This document shows positions 46,145-52,557 of a stretch of 64,000 nt of DNA, piece by piece. A program made the translations under genes and the position numbers. Origin of the DNA: a virus; the IMG/VR virus record IMGVR_UViG_3300045988_152944; one strand, 5' to 3'. The notes below the pieces were generated by a model. That model did not search any database and had not been told where the DNA came from. It saw only the letters and a list, made by a program, of their open reading frames with translations. Within the stretch, counting starts at the first letter, position 1. Every line of letters begins with the position of its first letter.

Positions 46145-46645
46145 ATGAAAATTTATAGTGAACAAAGTTTGGCAGATTTTAAATTTTGGAGTGGTGCAGA
46201 AACCACCGCTCAACGCATTTGGGAAGAGCAAGGATCAGAAGGCTTTGACCAACTTGAAGCGATTTTGGAAGATTTATATCCCGACGGAATCGACGAAACA
46301 GACTTGAATGACTTGCTTTGGTTCGATGCCGACACCGTTTACGAATGGTTGGGAATCGAGGATGAAGAAGACGAAGATGAAGACGACGAAGACACCGACG
46401 ATGACGGTGAAGAAGACGAGGAAGACGACGAGGAAGAGGAAACTGAACCCGCCAGCGATTATGTTATTAACGTAGGTGACAGTTGGGATGATCTGGCACC
46501 ACATGACGCGTTTGCGACAAAAGAAGTTGCAATATCAATGGCAAAAGCAATGTCAAAAGCGCAGCACGACAAATGTGTAGAAGTCGTCTATAGTCCGTGT
46601 GACGATGTCGACACTAATGAAATTATTTGGCGTAATCAAAATTAA
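46145..46645 (+). CDS. hypothetical protein with a roughly 40-aa poly-Asp/Glu tract
   Basis: GAAGGAG upstream; contains EDEEDEDEDDEDTDDDGEEDEEDDEEEE. Confidence 0.6.
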   Translation: MKIYSEQSLADFKFWSGAETTAQRIWEEQGSEGFDQLEAILEDLYPDGIDETDLNDLLWFDADTVYEWLGIEDEEDEDEDDEDTDDDGEEDEEDDEEEETEPASDYVINVGDSWDDLAPHDAFATKEVAISMAKAMSKAQHDKCVEVVYSPCDDVDTNEIIWRNQN

Positions 46646-46659
46646 TATAGGAGGCTTAT

Positions 46660-46920
46660 ATGCAAATCACTAATCAAGAATACAACTTTTTAATGCAATT
46701 ATCACACGACACCAAAACCGATTGCTGGTTTAACCTCACACAAGATGAGAAAGGGCGCGACGTCGTCGAAGACCTTGAAACCGGCGATATACTCGATTTG
46801 GCCGAGGGCATCGATCTTTTGTTTGATGCTGTAAACGACGATATCATTCGTGCTTTCACTCCTGAAGAATCCGAGTTGTTTGCGTCGCTTGAACAAAAAA
46901 TTATGCACGAATATTTATGA
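46660..46920 (+). CDS. hypothetical acidic small protein
   Basis: TAGGAGG upstream. Confidence 0.55.
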   Translation: MQITNQEYNFLMQLSHDTKTDCWFNLTQDEKGRDVVEDLETGDILDLAEGIDLLFDAVNDDIIRAFTPEESELFASLEQKIMHEYL

Positions 46921-46934
46921 GGAGATAACCGAAT

Positions 46935-47363
46935 ATGGAATTCATGAAACAAAATGTAGCAAAACTCAATCAACAAGCAATCGACAACCTCGACGATTTG
47001 ATGGAAAGTGTAACAAGTTATGTGCTCCGCCACTGGGACGAATATGACGATCTGAAGCAGATCCCCCTCGAGGTGCTCGAACACGGTTGCGTAAGTGGAA
47101 TCGTCAGTGGGCTCGTCTGGTATTCCGACACGACTGCTTATTACGCAAAAAACAAAGACGAGATTAATAAGCTTCTTTATGAAAAGATGGACGAATGGGG
47201 GGTATATAGCCTCAACGAAATATTCTCTCGCGATCCGAGCTGGGACGAAGAAGACCCGCTGGCCCTTTATGACTACAATCAGAACCTTCTCGCTTGGTTC
47301 GGCTTCGAAGAAACAATGCGTAACTTTGCACGAGAATTTGAAGAATTCGAAGAACTTATTTAA
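46935..47363 (+). CDS. hypothetical acidic protein
   Basis: GAGGAG upstream. Confidence 0.6.
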   Translation: MEFMKQNVAKLNQQAIDNLDDLMESVTSYVLRHWDEYDDLKQIPLEVLEHGCVSGIVSGLVWYSDTTAYYAKNKDEINKLLYEKMDEWGVYSLNEIFSRDPSWDEEDPLALYDYNQNLLAWFGFEETMRNFAREFEEFEELI

Positions 47364-47436
47364 AGCAACAAAGCCGAGCGGTGGCGATTACGGCTGATGC
47401 TGTTTTGAAGAACTATAGATAAAGGAGGTGATGCGG

Positions 47437-47517
47437 ATGGACACATTATACGGCTTATTAATGGTCGGTGCAGCACTAATGATTGTAGTAGCAATCTGGT
47501 TTAAACTTCATCAATAA
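47437..47517 (+). CDS. 26-aa hydrophobic peptide MDTLYGLLMVGAALMIVVAIWFKLHQ
   Basis: AAAGGAGG 8 nt before the ATG; single predicted TM helix; below the track cutoff. Confidence 0.4.
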   Translation: MDTLYGLLMVGAALMIVVAIWFKLHQ

Positions 47518-47529
47518 AAGGAGGCGCTA

Positions 47530-47610
47530 ATGGCAATAGAAATAATAGGCAGTATTATTGGTTTTACCTTTACTTTTATGCTCACCGCCTGGTTGTGCAA
47601 TTGTAAATAG
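47530..47610 (+). CDS. 26-aa hydrophobic peptide MAIEIIGSIIGFTFTFMLTAWLCNCK
   Basis: AAAGGAGG upstream; single predicted TM helix; below the track cutoff. Confidence 0.4.
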   Translation: MAIEIIGSIIGFTFTFMLTAWLCNCK

Positions 47611-47822
47611 TAACAATTTGGGTTTTGTTGGTAGTCACCATTAAACAAACCATCATCCCTCGGCGGCATCCGTAATCATCGTTTGTCGTCATCATCCCTT
47701 AACCCCACATTAAAACAGGACTGGTCAATGCCTGGGCACATTATGCCGAAATCACACCAGGGGATATTATACACGCGATACTCATCCCCGCCCCAAAAAC
47801 CAATAGATCGACCTACAAAACC

Positions 47823-47843
47823 AGGTCAGCGACCTATTTTTTT
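47823..47843 (+). terminator. weak intrinsic terminator for the rightward early operon
   Basis: AGGTC-AGC-GACCT followed by ATTTTTTT. Confidence 0.3.
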
Positions 47844-47891
47844 CTTTGTTGTCATCCGTCGTCAGCATCCGTTTTTTCTTCCAATGAGAGC

Positions 47892-47931
47892 AAAAAAAGA
47901 ACACAGTCGGGGTGTCTAGCAACTGTGTTCT
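47892..47931 (-). terminator. intrinsic terminator for leftward transcription
   Basis: 10-bp stem AGAACACAGT/ACTGTGTTCT, 14-nt loop, T7 run on the minus strand. Confidence 0.65.
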
Positions 47932-48091
47932 TAAAAATAAAAATAGGAGGTAACATATAATACGTAAAAGAAACAAGGCGCAATAGGAGGTGATAATAAA
48001 AAGATGCGCGATGTATGTGATCTCGGGAAGCAGCGACGTGCGTTCTTCACGGCCGTCAACACCCTTAAGCGGCTTAACCCCGAGGATCTCG

Positions 48092-48280
48092 CTATTTGAA
48101 GAGATCGGGAGGGATGGATGCGAGGAAGTCAGCGTAATCACCCGAGAGGAGGACGGCGTCGTCATCGGACGTAGGCTGATAGTCGTTGATACCATCGGGG
48201 AACGTATCGAAGATAAAAGCGTCGCCTGGGGGGATGGGGATTGAGCGCGTGGCTTTTTTGGAATCCATCTGGAACCTCAT
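48092..48280 (-). CDS. hypothetical 62-aa acidic protein
   Basis: Consensus promoter at 48312..48352 and AAGGAGG 6 nt before the ATG. Confidence 0.55.
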   Translation of the reverse strand: MRFQMDSKKATRSIPIPPGDAFIFDTFPDGINDYQPTSDDDAVLLSGDYADFLASIPPDLFK

Positions 48281-48311
48281 TGGGTACCTCCTTGTTTCTC
48301 TTTATATTTAT

Positions 48312-48352
48312 ATTATAACACAGGGAGAGTGAAAAGTCAACAGGGAGTGACA
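48312..48352 (-). promoter_or_regulatory. promoter TGTCA-N7-TTGACT-N17-TATAAT
   Basis: -10 at 48312..48317, -35 at 48335..48340, TGTCA at 48348..48352 (minus strand). Confidence 0.7.
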
Positions 48353-48487
48353 AAATATTTATTTTTTTTATATGTTTCTTTCCGGAGTGATAACAGGTCA
48401 AATAGATGCGCAATTTCATTAACGCGCAACACCGCAGGTGTAAGCGTTTGAAACACTGGCGAAGCCGCGTAGGGGTTGAAGGGGACG

Positions 48488-48703
48488 TTAGTCCCTTTCT
48501 ATTTCCTGGGCAGCTTCGGGGATCTCTACATTTAATAATTTAGCTACTCGTAGCCAAGCCTGATGAAAGAGAGGAGTATACTCAAATACAAAGGAGGTCT
48601 TGATGGGATTGTCTTTTGCTGGTTTAATATCTATTGGTGGGAATCCTAATTGTATAAGTTTACGAGCTACTGCTGCGTTGGTGATAACTTTTGTAGTTTG
48701 CAT
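48488..48703 (-). CDS. hypothetical 71-aa protein
   Basis: Start moved to the ATG at 48703 (GAGGAG upstream), 1 nt after the upstream stop. Confidence 0.5.
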   Translation of the reverse strand: MQTTKVITNAAVARKLIQLGFPPIDIKPAKDNPIKTSFVFEYTPLFHQAWLRVAKLLNVEIPEAAQEIERD

Positions 48704-48704
48704 A

Positions 48705-49436
48705 TTAATAATCTCCTCTATTGAATTTACCAGGGTTTCTTGTGAACATGTCGTTCTCGGTCGGTGATAATCCATAATACTCTATTAATGACTGAATATC
48801 GAGTTCCCTATATTGAGGTTTACTAGAAGGCAGATGGCCAGCCAAATAGCAAATATCTTCATAGCTTACTGGGTCAAGTATTGCAAACGTAGCCGGTCGT
48901 TTAGCGCGTTTTTTTACACTATCTACAGGAGAGATGGAGGGTATTTTCAAATTTGGTTTTTTCTTCATTTGAAACGGAGTTATATCGTCGGCGGGAATGG
49001 TGAAATCAAAATACTTTCTCCATCCTTGTAATTGGATTTGTCGTTCTGGTGTATTTGGTTGAGTGAATGATAAACCACCATCTAACACAAATGATAAGTA
49101 TGTTGTGGTTTTCCCTTGTGAATCTTTTGTATAATATCCTTTCAATATCGGAATCTCATTTTGTAGATCTGAGTAATATTGTTCTCGTGCTGAGGTTAAT
49201 ATTAAATCTAACGGTTTTAATTTGATGTCATATAATGGCTGAAACATTTGTTTAAGCCAGTCGTTATTATATGAGTGTGAAGATTCTGTGGCAGTTGCTG
49301 GTGTAGTGGCCGTAGTGGTGGTATTAGAGTTTGATAACAAAGCGTTAATAGTTGTACGCATTTGTTGTATTTGTTGCTGTACTTGTTGTTCGAATTGTTG
49401 TAGCTGTTGTGATAGCTGTTCAATTAATGTTTGCAT
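48705..49436 (-). CDS. protein with a Gln-rich coiled-coil N-terminus (243 aa); function unknown
   Basis: ORF track. It lies directly downstream of the repeat array at 49466..49636. Confidence 0.55.
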   Translation of the reverse strand: MQTLIEQLSQQLQQFEQQVQQQIQQMRTTINALLSNSNTTTTATTPATATESSHSYNNDWLKQMFQPLYDIKLKPLDLILTSAREQYYSDLQNEIPILKGYYTKDSQGKTTTYLSFVLDGGLSFTQPNTPERQIQLQGWRKYFDFTIPADDITPFQMKKKPNLKIPSISPVDSVKKRAKRPATFAILDPVSYEDICYLAGHLPSSKPQYRELDIQSLIEYYGLSPTENDMFTRNPGKFNRGDY

Positions 49437-49465
49437 CTTTGTAAGTCCTTTTTTAGTTTATTTTA

Positions 49466-49483
49466 ATATGTGTCGCCACATAT
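49466..49483. repeat. palindrome ATATGTG-TCGC-CACATAT
   Basis: Read directly; 30 nt upstream of the 49436 start codon. Confidence 0.85.
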
Positions 49484-49500
49484 CGTGTTTCTTCTATTCA

Positions 49501-49520
49501 GGAACCCCTATAGGGGTTCC
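49501..49520. repeat. perfect 20-bp palindrome GGAACCCCTATAGGGGTTCC
   Basis: Read directly. Confidence 0.95.
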
Positions 49521-49521
49521 T

Positions 49522-49593
49522 TGTATTACATGTATTACATATGACATATTGTATTACAGTATTACATGTAGTACAGTACTACAGTGTAGTACA
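49522..49593. repeat. array of 9-bp quasi-palindromes TGTA(T/G)TACA (5 full and 2 partial copies)
   Basis: Full copies at 49522, 49531, 49550, 49567 and 49585. Confidence 0.9.
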
Positions 49594-49606
49594 TATATGT
49601 TATATG

Positions 49607-49636
49607 GTCATATCAACTCTTTAGAGTTGATATGAC
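49607..49636. repeat. palindrome with 14-bp arms, GTCATATCAACTCT-TT-AGAGTTGATATGAC
   Basis: Read directly. Confidence 0.9.
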
Positions 49637-49704
49637 ATATGAAATATGAAATATTTGTTTTATGATATATTGAAATACTGATATACTGACATATGACATA
49701 TAAT

Positions 49705-49772
49705 CACGTGCACGCGCATGCACATACACACGCATATACGCACGCCCGCACGCGCATGTATACATATGTGCA
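49705..49772. repeat. alternating pyrimidine-purine tract (41 + 26 nt), Z-DNA-prone
   Basis: cacgtgcacgcgcatgcacatacacacgcatatacgcacgc, then cc, then cgcacgcgcatgtatacatatgtgca. Confidence 0.9.
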
Positions 49773-49847
49773 GAGTCTGGCTGTAAATACAACCACGTCA
49801 AAACCGGCGGCGGACATCTCCCCGTCGCCTTTGGTTTGCCCGCCGCC

Positions 49848-50222
49848 TTAAAACGGCAGTTCTTCGTAGTCCTCTGAGGATTCGGGCGTAACCTCGTCCG
49901 CCGCCACTTCAACAGAGTCGTCGTTGTTGGTTTCGTCTACCGGTCCACTACGTTGCTTAACCACGGTGAACGAAAACTTATTAGGTTCACCGGTTCCAGC
50001 GCCATTCAGGACGAGGTAGACATACCCGCCCCTTTGAAGATTGTGTTCGGCGTAAGTCGCTTGCCTACCCATGGCGACAACTTCGATGCTGCACCATTTG
50101 CCGAAATCTTTACCAGTGCAGACAGTATAGGCCGCCGTCTTTACTTTGTTACCGCGAGCCAATTGCTTTTCGCCGATGGTGATATTGGTGATGATTTTCC
50201 CGAATACGGTCGTCTCAATCAT
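49848..50222 (-). CDS. ssb: single-stranded DNA-binding protein (short OB-fold type)
   Basis: Acidic C-terminal tail ending DYEELPF, matching the SSB D-D-D-I/L-P-F tip. The body is about 100 aa and OB-sized. CAGGAGGG upstream. Confidence 0.6.
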   Translation of the reverse strand: MIETTVFGKIITNITIGEKQLARGNKVKTAAYTVCTGKDFGKWCSIEVVAMGRQATYAEHNLQRGGYVYLVLNGAGTGEPNKFSFTVVKQRSGPVDETNNDDSVEVAADEVTPESSEDYEELPF

Positions 50223-50266
50223 TAGATTATCCCTCCTGTGGGGTGTTATTATTGTGCGGGGCTTTT

Positions 50267-50635
50267 TTACTTGGCCGCCGCCGCCGCTTTTTGTGCTGCC
50301 CTCATTGCTTTCATGCGTTCTGAGTTTGCGATACGTTGCTCTTCGGTCATAGTGCGGGTCACGCGGACACTTCTTAATGACAAAAATTCCTTAGGTGCCT
50401 CAACCTCATACGCCACCGGCTGCCCATCATAAGTGGATATCGAGCGCAGGATATATTCTTCAGGACTCTTTGTCATTAATCCCCTGAGTTTGGTGACTAT
50501 TGTGTTGTCACTGGTCCAGATGGTCATCTTGTCGCCGTTGCGTTCAAAAACGATCGAAGTCTCTTGTTCGTCCAAAGGGTTATTCGGGAAAGCGACCAAA
50601 TCGTCAACCGTGTACGTCTTTTTTTGTTTAACCAT
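50267..50635 (-). CDS. hypothetical protein
   Basis: Promoter at 50670..50710; GGAGG upstream. Confidence 0.6.
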   Translation of the reverse strand: MVKQKKTYTVDDLVAFPNNPLDEQETSIVFERNGDKMTIWTSDNTIVTKLRGLMTKSPEEYILRSISTYDGQPVAYEVEAPKEFLSLRSVRVTRTMTEEQRIANSERMKAMRAAQKAAAAAK

Positions 50636-50669
50636 AAGCTAAACCTCCATTATTCTTTTTTATACTTCT

Positions 50670-50710
50670 ATTATACCACACGGCGGCGGGTATGTCAACA
50701 CAGGGTGACA
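50670..50710 (-). promoter_or_regulatory. promoter TGTCA-N7-TTGACA-N17-TATAAT
   Basis: -10 at 50670..50675, -35 at 50693..50698. Confidence 0.7.
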
Positions 50711-50734
50711 AATACTTCTAACTTGTCGTATAAT
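50705..50734 (+). promoter_or_regulatory. divergent promoter GTGACA-N18-TATAAT
   Basis: Its -35 is the reverse complement of the TGTCAC element of the 50670 promoter. Confidence 0.45.
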
Positions 50735-50740
50735 GAAGAC

Positions 50741-50801
50741 ACCTTATTCCACAAACGAAAATACCTCGGTCGATAAATCTGTCGACCAAACTCTTTTCTT
50801 T
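50741..50801 (+). ncRNA. candidate ~60-nt small RNA
   Basis: Lies between the plus-strand promoter at 50705..50734 and the hairpin GGTCGA-N8-TCGACC (50768..50787), which is followed by aaaCTCTTTTCTTTT. No ORF present. Confidence 0.35.
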
Positions 50802-50884
50802 TACTACAGAGCTTAAATAAGCTCAAGAAAAACCAAAAAAGGGTATCTCAGACCATTTTCCCCCATCACGCGTCCGCCTACACA

Positions 50885-50912
50885 CAAAAAATACCCAGGC
50901 TGCTATGCCTGG
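50885..50912 (-). terminator. intrinsic terminator after gene 50922..51350
   Basis: CCAGGC-N6-GCCTGG followed by T6 on the minus strand. Confidence 0.65.
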
Positions 50913-50921
50913 ATATCTTTC

Positions 50922-51350
50922 TTACTCTTCATCGTCCCATTCGTCGTCTTCTTCGTCCGCCAGCATAATCTGGCACTCGGGGCAGATCTTGTTGTACATC
51001 GCCACCCATCCTTTCGGATTTCTCCATACCGTCCTGGTGGTCACGTCACACCAATGAGCGATGATGCCGACGACGGACTTGATCGCCTGGGGACGATCGT
51101 ACTCGAATTTGAAGCACGGGCACTCACGAATGTTGTACTCCTCACCCAACGCCCCCTGATGCGTCTCATACTTGCTCCCTTCCACCGGGATGCCAGTCTT
51201 GAACTTCGAGCAGGAATGTTCTTTATTGTCGCGGGCGTTCATGCAAGACCAGCACAAGGTGTCTGTCTTCAGATTGTTGAAGAAGATTCTGGCGTTGATG
51301 GCTTCGACTTCCGACTTGGTTAATTTGGTTGCTTTAATGACTCTGTTCAT
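50922..51350 (-). CDS. Cys-rich protein with an acidic tail (142 aa)
   Basis: CWSC..C..CPC..CPEC, C-terminal DEEDDEWDDEE; AGGAGA upstream. Confidence 0.6.
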   Translation of the reverse strand: MNRVIKATKLTKSEVEAINARIFFNNLKTDTLCWSCMNARDNKEHSCSKFKTGIPVEGSKYETHQGALGEEYNIRECPCFKFEYDRPQAIKSVVGIIAHWCDVTTRTVWRNPKGWVAMYNKICPECQIMLADEEDDEWDDEE

Positions 51351-51371
51351 ATCACCGTCTCCTAATCTTTT

Positions 51372-51409
51372 TATACTTTAAGTATAACATAGGTTCGACA
51401 GTTTGTCAA
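51372..51409 (-). promoter_or_regulatory. promoter TTGACA-N17-TATACT with an overlapping palindrome TATACT-TTA-AGTATA
   Basis: -10 at 51381..51386, -35 at 51404..51409, palindrome at 51372..51386. Confidence 0.65.
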
Positions 51410-51746
51410 CATATTTTTAGAAAAAAAAATAAATATTTTTCAAGAAAAAAATAGTGCAAAATTTTCCTATTCAATAGTGTAAAAATTTACCATCGGCGGC
51501 GGACATCTTTTTATGCGGCTGCGCCCGTTTTTTACCCGTTAGCACTGGTTTAGAAAACTGAACATATCGCTACCAAAACCGTCCTGGCGGAGCTGCATTT
51601 TTATAAAAAAACAGGGTATTTTGGGATATTTGTGAAGAAAATTGTAACACGATGTCGACGGCTGATGACGGTCGATGATGACGTAATGTACCATAAACGG
51701 TACATAACTTTAGACAAAAATGACACCGTCCGCCGCCTGAAGTAGG

Positions 51747-51784
51747 ACAAAATATTCCTATTATAGAACAAAATATTCCTATTA
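51747..51784. repeat. direct repeat ACAAAATATTCCTATTA x2 (21-bp period)
   Basis: Copies at 51747..51763 and 51768..51784. Confidence 0.9.
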
Positions 51785-51819
51785 AAATGACAAAAAATTA
51801 CCATCGATTTTGCGGCGAG

Positions 51820-51848
51820 TTGTCCACTTTTCCACATAGTTATCCACA
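51820..51848 (+). promoter_or_regulatory. DnaA-box cluster: TTGTCCACT, TTTTCCACA and a perfect TTATCCACA
   Basis: At 51820..51828, 51828..51836 and 51840..51848, all on the same strand. Confidence 0.55.
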
Positions 51849-52038
51849 TCAAAAGTCACGTTTTCGATGCCTTTCGTTACCAAAATTGTATGGTTTTTTT
51901 AACGAGCGATGACGACGGATGATGCCAAAAGTATCAGTATACTGACACTATGTTTCGTAGAGTAATGTTTATTATAAGCGACAAATAACCCTTTAATGTC
52001 ACTTATAATTGACATTATAATGATACTGTAAGGTACTA

Positions 52039-52062
52039 AAATGACCCTATAAATGACCCTAT
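52039..52062. repeat. tandem 12-mer AAATGACCCTAT x2 (plus a degenerate third copy)
   Basis: Read directly. Confidence 0.9.
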
Positions 52063-52154
52063 AAAGTGCCAAAATGTCCCCCTTTGATGGCGTAAATGAC
52101 GCTGAAAACGATCAAATTCCTGCGGTTTCTCTGTAAAGTTAGTACCCATTTTTG

Positions 52155-52209
52155 CTTGTGCAAAACTTGCACTCTTGTGTGCAAACTCGACTTTTTGTGT
52201 GCAAACTCG
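52155..52209. repeat. three iterons, (C/T)TTGTG(TG)CAAA(A)CT(T/C)G, at about 20-bp spacing
   Basis: Copies at 52155..52169, 52174..52189 and 52194..52209. Confidence 0.85.
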
Positions 52210-52359
52210 CGTTACAAAGGAATCAAATAGGGTGTTGGTTTACGCCAAAAAAGGCACAAAATCGGATGCCTACAGCTGTTCACGTCCGCCGCCTACGTGT
52301 ACCAACGTCTATCGCCTACGTGCAAATAAAGCATAAAAAATGAGCCAAATTGGTGCAGG

Positions 52360-52409
52360 TTTTACACTTTTCCAGACGATATTGGGGTGGTTTTTACACA
52401 TTTTCCACC
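52360..52409 (+). repeat. direct repeat TTTTACAC(A)TTTTCCA x2, containing DnaA-box-like 9-mers
   Basis: TTTTACACA at 52392..52400 fits TTWTNCACA. Three further 9-mers have one mismatch each. Confidence 0.6.
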
Positions 52410-52491
52410 CCTTTAATTCCGTCGAATTCGACCAGTTTAACCGCCTCGATTTCGACACGGTGGCCCAAAGTGGTCAGCCGTCCCTATTTTA

Positions 52492-52518
52492 ATAAAAAAA
52501 AGAGGCATCTCAGCCTCT
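52492..52518 (-). terminator. intrinsic terminator after the CYTH gene
   Basis: AGAGGC-N6-GCCTCT followed by T8 on the minus strand. Confidence 0.7.
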
Positions 52519-52557
52519 CTCTCGCGCACGCATGTATATATACTATATATAATACGC

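Noticed and set aside
48004-48099. Possible 31-aa plus-strand ORF MRDVCDLGKQRRAFFTAVNTLKRLNPEDLAI after AGGAGGTG
   Set aside because: The SD-to-ATG spacing is 11 nt. No promoter is present beyond an isolated TATAAT at about 47965 with no -35. It collides with the 3' end of the better-supported minus-strand gene. It is kept only as a remote possibility.
47683-48419. Track ORFs 47683..47919, 47782..48195, 47990..48244 and 48162..48419 in the convergent zone
   Set aside because: They are mutually overlapping, lack SD sequences and cross terminator hairpins. Only 48092..48280 (-) has both a consensus promoter and an SD.
49522-49593. Could the short-repeat arrays at 49.5 kb and 52.0-52.2 kb be CRISPR arrays?
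   Set aside because: The repeat units are 9-17 bp, either contiguous or with 3-8-bp gaps. There are no 28-37-bp repeats alternating with unique spacers, and no cas genes.
49288-49912. Track ORFs 49288..49635 (+) and 49613..49912 (-) across the repeat region
   Set aside because: Their translations are dominated by Cys/Tyr/His runs produced by the TGTAnTACA array and the Y-R tract. They have no SD.
50809-50826. Hairpin GAGCTT-AAAT-AAGCTC considered as a terminator
   Set aside because: There is no T-run on either strand, and it sits between two better terminator candidates.
47852-51922. A 13-bp inverted repeat TCATCCGTCGTCA (47852..47864 and 51910..51922) flanking the ssb cluster, considered as ends of an invertible or mobile segment
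   Set aside because: A single 13-mer inverted match is within chance expectation for a 64-kb window. No recombinase gene or extended terminal similarity was seen. The local excess of CATCC/GGATG words is noted but not interpretable.
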